A stretch of 64,000 nucleotides of DNA from Selaginella moellendorffii (lineage: Eukaryota > Plantae > Lycopodiophyta). The stretch is taken from NCBI RefSeq assembly GCF_000143415.4, contig NW_003314262.1, forward strand, positions 5,349,876-5,413,875, in the 5' to 3' direction. Below, piece after piece: positions 32,389 to 44,399 of this stretch (position 1 is the first letter of the stretch; each line of letters starts with the position of its first letter). The notes under the pieces were generated by a model. It was not told where the DNA came from. It ran no database searches and saw only the letters and a program-made list of their open reading frames with translations. A program made the translations under genes and the position numbers.

Positions 32389-35300
32389 CACTCCCACGTG
32401 TCATGTGTTGGTCCTTTTGGGTCCCTTTTTGGAGCCTCGCCTTTTGCTCGCTTCGTGCTCATTCCTCGAGCACTTCGTTGGGAGTTCCACTCCCGCTCTT
32501 GACTTTTCAAGTCGGAGCTTTTGGTCCAAACGTGTTACGCTCGTTTTGCTCTCGCTTCGGCCACTACCATGTGGCGCCCTTCCAGCTCCACTTTGGGGCC
32601 TAGGGATTTTGTGTCTCACAACTCCACCACCCATAGACGAAGTTCGATGTCCTCATCGAACGGTGAACCATTTTATAAAGTAACACCCGCATGTGTTACC
32701 ATTTCCATCCTTGGCGCGTAGCCAATATTTGTCAATGGTGTGACATTGAAGGCTCACCATGCCTTCTCCATATTCATCAATGGTTGGACATTGAAGGCTC
32801 ACCATGCCTTTTGCATATCCTCTAAGGAGGGTAGTCTTTCCAACTTAGAGACTGATTGGACCACATATAGTGGTTCTCTCGTTTTATTGGTTTAGTTCTC
32901 GCTAAACCTCTTAGAGACCCTTCTCTAAGTCAATCCCACTACTCCTTCTCGAGTAGTCTCAATTTCCATCGATATAACCTTTGCACTTTGGAACTTTGAA
33001 TTTTGACTTCTTGGAGTCGATTTCCTAGGTGTCTCCGACACCTTGCCTTGCACCTTTTGTGCAACTCCACTTCCCATCCTAGGAAGTTCTCTACTCGAGG
33101 GCACCATCATCCTCTCTTCTATTTCGTGCCAAAGTTCCAGTTATCATGCTTTGTGCTAGGGCTGTTCATGGCCCTATCATTTGGCTACCTTACCGCTCCC
33201 TCCCTTGGAGCTTCCACTTTTGCCAAATCGGAGCATTTCGGAATCCCTCCTTGGAAACACACTTCCTTTCCTGCAACTCGTTAGCGTCCAACACATTAGT
33301 GTTCCTCGCCTAACTTTGTCACTTGGATTCCTTCCAATGGATTCCACGGCTCTATCTTGGCCACTCATCTTTTGCTCCTATCCGTTGATTGTTGCACCAA
33401 GCAACATCGAATCTCTACCTCCCTCCTTGAGGTATTGTTTCTGTTCCATAGCAAAGACTCTTCTTTGCCAAGTCCGGAGGATGTTCACCCCTAGTACGTC
33501 TCTTTAGCATCTTCTGCTATGGGCTCTATCCACGGCCCAACTTCGTGACCCTCCCATGGGTCTTTTATAGAGACTACTTTCCTCGGACTCACTATGCCAT
33601 CGCACGGACATAGTTTATTTCCCTTAGGTGCTCTTCCCACTTGGTTATCACGACCAAGCCACACCACCTTAAACAGTTCAATTTCAACATTTTGAACCAG
33701 GAACTTCATTCCTTAGCCAACCAAGGACCTCGTCCTTATCTGGCCATAAGATCACCTAGTGATCTCACCTTGGCACCTTAACAGAGTTGCCAAGAGGTAC
33801 TTGGTCTTCCAGACCTCCAAGTTGTTGACTATAACCCCGGGGGCATCCCCCACACTTGGCGGTGCACCCAAGCTAGCCCTTACGGCCAAGGGTTCATAGC
33901 AACTGAGATTAGGTGTCCCCATCTCACTCACCACGACCTTGGTGCCACTTGCACCAAAGTGTTCAAGTTAGATATGCTGAGCTTTCACACTAAGCAATCT
34001 AACCGTGCATCATGACTCCGAGGCATCCCTCGCTTGGCGGTGTGCCCAAACCAGTCTCCCCACTGAGAGTCCATGACCACCGAAATATGAGTGTCCTCAT
34101 ATTCCAAACCATCACCACGCCCTAGTGATTTGGGACTCGAACCCAAGCACTAGAGGGTCGGGACTCGAACCCAACCTCCGTATATGCATCTACAGACGGC
34201 ATCACACTAGATGCCTGGCGTGACTCCCCACGCCGGTGCACCAACCTATTTTTAAAGCGCGCTACAGATCATAGCTTAGGAACCTAGTTCCTCCACACTG
34301 CCAAGTCCTCTCACTTGACATGTCTATGATCATGCATGGACTCCTCCATGCTCGGCCCCATAGCCCACCCTTTTTGAAGTTATCACCTTCAACTAGGGTC
34401 TTTGTTCCCCCGACGTGCCAATCTCACTTGGCAAGTTCTCCGACCATTGTAACATGGTTCCTGCATAAGCGTGAAAGTCCTTGACCATCGACTTTCGTTC
34501 AAAGCCCTCTCTTTGAACACTCGGGAACTACTTCCCTAACCTTGATAACCTTGCCTCATGGCAAGCTTCAAGACCACGCTTCTGCTGCGCCACTTTGATT
34601 TCGCGCGTTCCATGAACCATTTACACTTGGCCTTTCTAGGTACTACGCTACCTAGAATCGTCTTTGGGAACCTTGAAGGAACTCTATCCCTCAGCTTGCT
34701 AAGGCCTCCCTTTTTGCAAGCCTTCCAAATACCATATAGTCTAACATGGACAATTCCATATTTTAGACTTTCCATGGCATCACGGTTGCTAGCGGCAACA
34801 CCCTTGAGCCCCCACTTGATTTTCCACTCCCAGCTGGCATAACCAACCTTGGTTATGCCCTTTGATTTCTATGGTTCAGTTCCATCCCAACACTACTTGC
34901 CTTTGGCTTCACACCTTTCCTTCGGTCATTCTCCTCCAGACCAGGAGGATAGCTTTGCACTTTCTATCATGCCTTAGCAAGTATTCTTAGGGATGAACCT
35001 ACCCAATAGCCCAGGGAGTGGTTCCTCAATCCGGGTATGCTCAGCTTATAATCCCACACACTGGGGTTACATTGTTGCTTATGGGCCTTTACATGCCCAT
35101 CACTAGCCTTGCCAAAATTCCATTTTTGGCTTTGTCCAACTTGGGTAGACAGTCCTCTCCTGTCTCCGCAACCTTGAACATTTGGATAGCACCTTCTATC
35201 CATCATTCGCTAGGGACTTAGTCCCTTGGGCTTTATCCATTGCCCTCGCGACATCAAACACCACCTCTTGGTGTTCTAGAGTGTTCGGGTGTCCCAATGA

Positions 35301-37725
35301 CGGCTTCCTTGACAATGAGTATTTCCTTTCATGACATTGACTTACTATATCGCAACATAAGCAATTTATCCCCCGTAAGGGTATATCTAACTTCTTTATA
35401 CCATTAAGAAGTCTTGGGTAGTTACCTTCTACCCGTTTAACCAATTATCTTGCACCTCTTGCTTAGTTGCCCCATAGCTGTCAAGTCTTACAACTCATTG
35501 CTTGGTGCTTCCACACCTCCATCATTATCTGGGTCACCACACTCTAACCGCATGCCTTCCAGCTTAGGCCTTGCCATTCCCATTTCCATTGGGACTCCTT
35601 TGGCAAGGGGTTCTCATGAACCCAACAACATAGCCTCAAGGTATCACACCTTGGCACATTTGGTGTCTCCACACCATCGGCTCCACGAGCCTACCTCTAT
35701 GACACTTTTTCTTTGTGTCTAAGTCTTTGCCAAGACCAATACCGCTCTTTCTCATGCCAACCATTTGTTAGCACGGCACCATAGAGGTCACACACGACTT
35801 TGTGTCAAAGTTGTTTTCTATTTGGGAACACCTTTCCCACGACTTTTAGCACGGCACATTTTGCCATCGATGAGATACCCTCTGTTCTCATCCTTGGATC
35901 CTATGATCCCCCCCCATCCTTCGTGGGGTAAAACAAACCTCAGTCCAAATGCTTCCATCAATCCTTTTAGGACCATCCCTTGACTCTACTTGAGTCGTCT
36001 AGCAACTTTGGACTTGGTTAATCCACCGACCCCTAAGGTCCTACTTGTGAGGCACTAGCTCACTGGAATACACTTCTTGCATTCCTGTCCTACTCAAAAG
36101 GACTATTTTCACAAGTGTTACTCCGACACTTGATTTTGTTCTCTGGGGGCAACCTTTGCCCCTTAGGACTAATTGTCCATGTGATGAGAACACCAACTCA
36201 TCCACTTAATACACCCCCAACTCCTGGGGTTGTTCCAGCATTTATTAGAGGTAGCCCCGGCTACCTTTTCAAGGACTTGAGTCCTCTTCCGTATTTGACC
36301 TCCCACGGTCATTACTTCTGGTCTCACATTCATGAGCACCAACCTCAACTATATGAGAAAAATCTTGTGACTCCTTTATTGTTTTGGAGTCTCTATCTTT
36401 CCCGTGATCCCAACTATAGTTATTTACCACAACTACATTAGCCAGTTTGCTAAGTCAAACGCTCATCTGGATCACATCCTCAACTCTTTGAGAAAAGCCA
36501 TCTACTGTTCCCAAGATCCCAAAGTCGTTCCATTATTGGCCCTTTTCTATCCACCACCTCGTCTACAAGTTCGCACATGAACTGTAATGGAGAGCCATGT
36601 CTTCCCGACTTGCTACTCCTCAAGGATAGGCCCACTCCTCGGACCTTCCGATGCCAACACTAGTGGTGATATACTTGAGCACCAATAAAAGTCGGACTAA
36701 GGAACAGCTCCGATACCAAATTGTAAGCGACTAAATTTTCCATTCTACTTTAGTCACTTAACCACACCTCCAACCACTTGGAGGAGTCTCATTCACAACC
36801 TCCATCAGTCCAATTCAGGACTTGGGACTTGCTAGCCCCAAGAATGGCATCCATGCCACTCCACACTTGCACCTGGTCCAAGTGCTCCACGTGTCCGGTC
36901 CTGAGACCGACACCCAAAGGTACCACTGACATCTCGGCCCGTTACGCTAAGGCCATGCCCATTCACCTTTGCTGCACTAGTGGTTCAACACCACTTGCAT
37001 CACCACCTCGTCTCTCCAAGACTGGGCCATGTGTCCACGAGTGGTCATCCTAGATCCACTCCTTAGCATCCTTAGGATGCCCACAGACCTGGGGAATTGC
37101 CTTCCCCAAAGTCCCATTGTCAGTTCCTACCAAGTCCCTTTCTGCCCCTAGCCGTGTTTGCCAACACTGCCACTGGATCGAGGCTCACAGGCCCGACCAC
37201 TAAGTCCCACGGTCCTCTGGGACTTCCTCACCACATGACTGTGTCCTTGGTCACTACCCCAGAGGGCTGCTCCTCTTCCTTTCCACAGTCTGGGCCTTTG
37301 GGACAACATTTCGGAACACCGTGGCCTTACGCGAGCCACCTGGGTACTCTCCCCACCTATCGCCTTTAGGTGCTCTAGCCATGGGCTTAGAGCGGGTTCC
37401 GTTGAGCCACACCAGGTATCCAAGTAGGTAGTGCCACCCACACTTGGACTGGGAGCATCGGCCAGTCGATCTCCCGGGGGAACTAGAGCCGGCTCTTGAA
37501 CACTTCACCAAGCTACCCCGCTTGTCGGTCCGTGTTCACTCTAGTCTTCGACTTCCCAGTGGGCAGCTCATCACCCAACACTGGGTCCGGCCTTCCTGGG
37601 CCAAACTGGCCTTTCCTGGCCAAACTGGCTCCACTGCAGTCCTCCCCCTACTATACTTTTGGAGCTCACCAAACCCCCCAGGGTCTGGGAGACGAATGCT
37701 TTGGGCTTTCACCCTCTCAGGCTCC

Positions 37726-38385
37726 GGACTCGGACTCGGACTCGGACTCGGACTCGGACTCGGACTCGGATTCGGACTCGGACTCGGGCTCGGGCTCGGT
37801 CTTGGCCTCGGCCTCGGTCTCGGTCTCGGTCCTGATCTCGGTCTCGGTCTCGGTCTCGGTCCCGGTCTCGGTTCCGGTCTCGGTCTCGACTTCGGACTCC
37901 ATCTCGGACTCCATCTCGGACTCCATCTCGGACTCCATCTCGGACTCCATCTCGGGTCCATCTCGGGTCCATCTCGGACTCCCTCTCGGGTCCATCTCGG
38001 ACTCCATTTCGGGTCTATCTCGGGTCCACCTCGGACTCCATCTCGGACTCCATCTCGGGTCCATCTCGGACTCCATCTTGGACTCCATCTCGGACTCCAT
38101 CTCGGGTCCATCTCGGACTCCATCTCGGACTCCATTTCGGGTCCATCTCGGGTCCACCTCAGACTCCATCTCGGACTCCATCTCGGACTCCATCTCGGGT
38201 CCATCTCGGACTCCACTTCGGACTCCAACTCGGGTCCATCTCGGGTCCACCTCGGACTCCAACTCGGACTCCATCTCGGACTCCATCTCGGACTCCATCT
38301 CGGACTCCACTTCGGACTCCAACTCGGGTCCATCTCGGGTCCACTTCGGACTCCACTTCGGACTCCATCTCGAGTCCATCTCGGA
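37726..38385. repeat. Same tandem array in the other LTR
   Basis: Directly visible; unit counts differ from the first copy. Confidence 0.97.
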
Positions 38386-38784
38386 CACTCCCACGTGTCA
38401 TGTGTTGGTCCTTTTGGGTCCCTTTTTGGAGCCTCGCCTTTTGCTCGCTTCGTGCTCATTCCTCGAGCACTTCGTTGGGAGTTCTACTCCCGCTCTTGAC
38501 TTTTCAAGTCGGAGCTTTTGGTCCAAACGTGTTACGCTCGTTTGGCTCTCGCTTCGGCCACTACCATGTGGCGCCCTTCCAGCTCCACTTTGGGGCCTAG
38601 GGATTTTGTGTCTCACAATCTAGCTTTTGCATTGTCTAGATCTAGCTTTTTCCATTTCCTTTCTTTTGTTCTTTCCTTTCAGGATTTTGGTTTAGATCTA
38701 GCTTTTTGCATTGTCTAGATCTACCATTTCTTTCCAGCTTTTTGTCATTTCTCTTCTTTTGCTCTTTCTTTCTCATTCATTTTC

Positions 38785-39717
38785 ATGACCGATCTGCAAT
38801 CTCCTCCTTTGACTCTAGAGCAGCAGTTGGTTCAATTGCTTGATGCTATGCGCTTGCAATTGAACAACCAAACTCAGTTGATGGTGGCGTTCACGGCACA
38901 TGGTACAACTCCTCCTGCTTTTGGTGCCAATCCTCGTGTTCGGCCGGAGTTCTTTCGTGGGAATCCTGGGGATGATGTGTACCATTGGTTCGATCACTTC
39001 ACGGTGGTTGCCACATATCATTCTTGGGATGATGCTCGACGTTTGCGTGAGTTCCCCACATGTCTTCAAGGGACGGCATTGCAGTGGTACAATGGATTGA
39101 GCGCAGCTACTCGTGGCGATTGGAGTGTTCTTCCGGACGTCTTCAAACGCGCCTTCGGACACGCCGACGATTGTGATGATGCCTTCCAACAATTGCATCG
39201 TCTTCACCAAGGGCCATCTGAGTCGGTGATGCAATTTGGCGTTCGTTTCCGAAGTCTTTTGCTTCGTGCGGAGCCAAATATGTCGGAGCAGATCAAGCTA
39301 GGAATGCTGTGGCCAGCACTTCGTCAGGATCTTGTCGGACTTGTGCATGCACTTGCTCCTACCACTCTTGACGATGCTCTTCGCTTGGCACAACGTTATG
39401 AGACGTCGCCTCTTCCACTTCTTGCTACACGTCCTTCAGCTCCACTTCCTATGAGTGATGGTCCTGTTCCCATGGAGGTTGATGCTGCTGCTACTCGAGT
39501 CCAAGGACAAGGGCGAGGACGTGGTTGTGGCCGTGACATTCGTTGCTGGGCGTGTGATGAAGTTGGTCATACTTATCGGCGTTGTCGGCGCTTTCCGGAT
39601 TGGCGACCTCCATTTCCTGGGTGGAGACCTTGGCGTCAGCAACGTCCCGTTAGTGCTGCTGTGGTGGAAGGTTTGGATACCGAGGTGCATTCGGGAAACA
39701 AAGAGTCGCGCGAGTAA
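38785..39717 (+). CDS. gag: Gag polyprotein
   Basis: Retrotransposon capsid motifs (FRGNPGDDVYHW, LHQGPSESV, GPVPMEVD) and the zinc knuckle CWACDEVGHTYRRC. Confidence 0.93.
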   Translation: MTDLQSPPLTLEQQLVQLLDAMRLQLNNQTQLMVAFTAHGTTPPAFGANPRVRPEFFRGNPGDDVYHWFDHFTVVATYHSWDDARRLREFPTCLQGTALQWYNGLSAATRGDWSVLPDVFKRAFGHADDCDDAFQQLHRLHQGPSESVMQFGVRFRSLLLRAEPNMSEQIKLGMLWPALRQDLVGLVHALAPTTLDDALRLAQRYETSPLPLLATRPSAPLPMSDGPVPMEVDAAATRVQGQGRGRGCGRDIRCWACDEVGHTYRRCRRFPDWRPPFPGWRPWRQQRPVSAAVVEGLDTEVHSGNKESRE

Positions 39718-39756
39718 TGGAGGGACCTTACGCGAATAAGTTAGTGACCCCTCCAT
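39693..39756 (+). promoter_or_regulatory. Putative -1 ribosomal frameshift signal (G GGA AAC plus H-type pseudoknot)
   Basis: The slippery heptamer is in the gag phase, followed by a 6-nt spacer and stem TCGCG/CGCGA. Loop ATGGAGGG is complementary to CCCTCCAT at 39749-39756. pol is in the -1 frame. Confidence 0.8.
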
Positions 39757-42700
39757 CTTTCTTTCGGGAGTATCATCAAGGGGTTCACTCAGCACCGGTT
39801 CATCTAGTGTTTACTTTCCAAGCTCGTTTTTATAACAAGAGGTCTCCTATTCTTCTCTCCGTGTTGGTTGATACAGGTTCGAGTTTATCTTCTATTGCTC
39901 GACCTATTGCCACACGTTGTCGTCTACACTTGCGTCGTGCAGCGGATCCAGTTTTCATTCTTTATGGCAACGGCCGTACACATGCATGTGCACGAGATGA
40001 GGCGGACCTGGTTGTGCATGTGGGCGATCTCGAGCTTGAGTTGCAGTCGTTGCGGGTGGTGCCGAGTCAAGCTTTTGACCTCATTCTTGGTATGGATTGG
40101 TTGCAGCACAATCATGCCAAGTGTGACTTTGAGGCTTTTCCCCCTTGTCTCATACTTCCTTATGTTTCATCCATTCCTCTCACTTTCGTACCTCTTCATC
40201 CCTCTACTTCTACCTCTGCTTCCATTACTTTTGTTCCCCCATTATTTCCTCTTGTGTTTCCATCTTGTTCTGCTCTTCCCTTTTCCGATCCCTCCGATGA
40301 TCTTTGTGTTGTAGCTGTTGACCAGCTCATGAAGGAGTATTCTGATCTCTTTGAATTTGACCTATCGTCTGGGGCCAAGATTGCCACACGTCATCCCATT
40401 CCAACCGGGGATGCTCGTCCAATCAAGGTTCCTGTTCGTCGTCGGTCACCCAAGGAGATCAAGATTTTACGTGCAAACGTCAAGGAGATGTTGGAGAAGG
40501 GTGTTATTCGGAAGTCGCGGAGTCCTTGGGCATGTGAACCTCATCTTGTGACAAAGCCTGATGGGAGTATTCGTTTCTGCATCGACTATCGTCCGTTAAA
40601 TGAAGTGACGATCCCGGACGTATACCCTCTTCCTCACACTGCTGATCTCTTGGATCGTCTGGGGCGAAGTCGTTGGTTCACCAAGCTAGATCTTGCTTCT
40701 GGGTATTGGCAAGTACCGATGGCTGAAGACGATATTCCTAAGACTGCTTTTCGTACACCATTTGGTTTGTACGAGTTTTTGGTGATGCCGTTTGGTTTGA
40801 ACAATGCTCCAGCAACTTTTCAGCGGATGATGGACGAGGTTCTTTGCGATATGCCGGAGGTGACGGCTGACTTCATTGATGATGTCTTGATCCACTCGGA
40901 GGGGACGTGGGAGGAGCATGTTTGTGATGTTTGTAAAGTGTTGGATCGGCTACGCAACGTTGGTTTAAAGCTAAAGCGGTCGAAGTGCGTGTTTGGGTCC
41001 AAGGACACAACTTATCTTGGGTACCGTATTTCTCGTGAGGGTTTGCAAGTTGATCCTGACAAACTTGTGGCTGTTCTAAAGTTTCCTACTCCGAAGTGTG
41101 TGAATGATGTGCAGTGTTTTTTGGGTAAGGTGCAGTATCTCGGTCGTTTTGTGGATCATCTTTCCGATCGCACTTTACCATTGCGAGCGTTGCTAAAGTC
41201 ATCAACGTCATCTTTCATCTGGTCTCCCAATTGTGAGCGGGCGTTCGTGAATCTCAAAGAGCTATTGACGACTCCTCCGGTTTTGGCATATCCTGACTAC
41301 ACTCGACCTTTTATTTTGCGCGTAGATGCTTCTGACATTGGTCTTGGAGGTGTGTTGATGCAAGAGAGCTCGAGTGTGCCTGGTCAGTGCCATCCCATTG
41401 CATACATAAGCCGTACATTACAACCAGCGGAGATGAACTACTCCACGACGGAGAAGGAGTGTTTAGCAGCAGTCTGGGGTTTCGAGAAACTTCATGCCTA
41501 TCTACATGGTTCTCGGACGTTACTTGAAGGTGACCATGCTGCTGTTACTTCATTATTGAAGCGGAAGAACCTGGTTGGTCGTACGGCTCGATGGGCTTTG
41601 AAGCTTCAGATATATGATTTCGATGTTGTTCATCGCCCAGGGAGTTCTATGGCTGATGCTGATGCCCTTTCTCGAGCTCCTCTTCCTTCTCCACTCACTT
41701 CTCATGTTTCTGACGAACCTGTTGTTCCAGCATCTGTGGATTTTCTAGATGAGGATTCTGTGCCGTCGGCGGTTGCTGTCCTTGACGTTCAGTGTCCACA
41801 GGGCGTAGAGCAAGATCTACCTTCTCTGGATGAGGTTCGCGAGGCTCAAAAGATTGAGCCGTGGTATCGAAGGCTTCGAGATGGGTTTGAGAATCCTGCA
41901 TCACTTGCTGATGACTTGCCTTTTCGGCATTTACATTCTCAATATCACCTTGAAGATGGCCTTCTTTATTTTGTGGGGACGGATCCTGATGCTCATTTAC
42001 GGCTGGTGGTGCCTTCGGTGTTTATTCCGCGGTTTCTCCATGCCTACCATGATTCTCCTATTCTAGGTGGGCATATGGGACACCATCGTGTCACCGAGAA
42101 GTTGCGCAGATCTTTCTATTGGCCAGAGATGCGACGTGATATTATCCGGTATGTGCGTAGCTGCATTTGGTGCCAAGCTCGTAATACTCCCCCTTGTGCT
42201 GCGGAAGGACGGTTGGAGTCAATTGCAGTTTCTCGTCCGTTTGAGTTGGTGGCGTTTGATCTTATGGGACCTTTTCCGCGATCGACTGCTGGCAATGAGT
42301 ATGTTATTATTGCTTCTGACTACTTGACTCGTTGGGTGGAAGTTGGTGCTCTTGCTAGTGCCTCTGCAACTGCTGTTGGATACTTCCTCCTCAATCGAGT
42401 GGTGTTCCAGCATTCTTGTCCAGAACGGATTCTTTCGGATAATGGTCCTGCATTTATGGCTGAGGTATTTCATGTTTTGACATCTCAGTTGGGGATACGC
42501 CACACTTTTACGAGTGCTTATCATCCACAATCAGACGGTATGGTGGAACGGCTCGTTCGGACATTCAAAGGGATGATTGCGAAGTATGTGAACTTTCAAC
42601 ATTCGGATTGGGATGGTTATTTGCCGTCTCTTTGATATGCTTATGTCACCGGGGTGCAGAGTTCTGTTGGTGCTTCACCATATAAACTTCTATATGGTCA

Positions 42701-43181
42701 TGATCCAATATTACCAACAGAGCTGGGTTTACCTTCACGATTGCCACGAGCTCCTGATGCTAGGTCATGGGATCAATATTTGACAAGCATTCTTCCACTT
42801 GTCCGAGCAGAGTCTACTGAACACTTAGGCCGCGTACAAGTGGGACAACAACGGCGCTACAATTCCCATCATCGTCCACCAACGGAGTACAAAGTGGATG
42901 ATTTGGTGTTAGTCCGTTTTCCCCATCTTACGGTATGTGGTTTATCTAAGGGGCTCCTTGCGCAGTGGAAAGGACCGTATCGGGTGTTGCGGCAAGTTGG
43001 ACCACAAGTTTATGAGGTTCGGCATGACGTTCAGCAGGCCGATCCTCCGGAGATTGTGCATGTGCAGCGGTTAAAACGCTTCATACAAAGGGATCAGGAA
43101 CAGTTAATATCGTCTACAGATCCACCGATGCCTCCTCCTGACGTTCCTCCAGATCCCGGCCCATCTACAAGAGAACCCTGA
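39717..43181 (+). CDS. pol: Pol (protease, RT, RNase H, integrase) with a premature TGA at 42633-42635
   Basis: LVDTGS, FIDDVLI, VDASD, HHCC, ILSDNG, WKGPY. The frame resumes in phase after the stop. No chromodomain. Confidence 0.95.
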
Positions 43182-43213
43182 CGGCCTTCCATTATTCCGA
43201 GAGGAGGGGATGA

Positions 43214-43387
43214 TGTGAGGGCCAAGTGTACAGCTACGATGCCGTATACTAATATTAGCGTAGTGGATTTTGGTATCCGTCGGATTGGTTTCAATCCGGA
43301 CCACTCGCTCCTGTATATAAGCTAGGGTTTTTGGGTTAATTGATATGCACATTTCTGTATTCCCTTTCCATATTCCATGCACTCACA
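43214..43387 (+). repeat. 3' LTR of the outer element
   Basis: 173/174 identical to the 5' LTR. Confidence 0.97.
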
Positions 43388-44399
43388 TGTTCAATTTATA
43401 ATATTTATTAGTCATAAAAATAGCCAATGCTATTGTATTAATATTATTTAAAATAACCTTAACAACTAAAATAATATAATATAGTTTTCTGAAGCAAACC
43501 AAATGGTGCTACATAGTGTAGTAAATTATTAAAGAATAAATTTTTAAGTTTTGCTTTGTAGTTTTATGTCTGTTTAGAAATTTTCCTTACAAAAAACTCA
43601 TTTGCATGCAATATAACAATTCTATAATAGATGCTAAAGTATAATATATCATTATAATCCTTTTTATATAGATTAACTTGCTAGAAAAGATCAAATAAAC
43701 ATATTTAAAAAAAATTTAAAAGAAGTACAAATCAAGTAAATAATTTCTTTGTTAGATTTATATTCATACAACATTATATTAGTTTGCTTAAGTAAACCTG
43801 TAGGGGAATGAATATACCTAGAATAATCTTGGATATTCTAAGGTATTTTACCATCTATTTAGATTAATCTTGTATTTATAATTTATAAAGTTTCAAACAT
43901 TTTCTAGGATATTTATAATAATGTTAATCTACTTTCAATTGATCAATGCAATTAATAAATAATAAACACTACCAAGTGCATTGCTACATGTAATGTGGAA
44001 CAAATTTTTTTGCTAGTTTGTTAGTCTACCCCGTTCCCTCTCTGACCAGAAATGGTTGTTCTATTCGTTCTTGCCACAACCAATCTCTTCACAGCTCCTT
44101 GTGCTGTGAAGAAATTATTAGGTCTGTTCGGAGTAGACTGAATTTTAAAATTTCAAGGTTATAAGCTCAAGGTGGCTACCACACTTAAAAATTTGCATCT
44201 GAATCTGGATTGCAAGCTCGCTAGAAATGCGTCTCAAATGCAAACACCTATCACAGGCAAGTCTCTTGTTTAAGTGGTCCTTTTCTCTTTTTTTTTCCTT
44301 GAAGTTTTTACTAGGAAGAGAAGAAACCATTTCTCTCGACGAGCAAGCTTCTTGTTCGTCGGTGTTCGTGGCACTTTCTTCTTCGCGTAAACCTCCGTT

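Larger units (their letters stand above)
30725..38617 (-). mobile_element. Nested non-autonomous LTR retroelement (1896-bp LTRs, about 4.1-kb non-coding interior)
   Basis: LTRs at 30725-32620 and 36722-38617; 5-bp TSD ATCTA (30720-30724 and 38618-38622); minus-strand iMet-type PBS TGGTATCGGAGC at 36707-36718; PPT-like tract at 32621-32632. Confidence 0.96.
30480..43387 (+). mobile_element. Ty3/gypsy non-chromovirus LTR retrotransposon, interrupted by a nested insertion
   Basis: 174-bp TG...CA LTRs with one mismatch; TGTT on both flanks; PBS 30655-30670; PPT about 43199-43210; gag-PR-RT-RH-IN order. Confidence 0.97.

Noticed and set aside
31447-32683. Long low-complexity ORFs (GL, SD, RWSP and ES repeats) on both strands, repeated at 37444-38623
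   Set aside because: They are a by-product of stop-free 6-mer and 12-mer tandem repeats inside the LTRs, open in nearly all frames.
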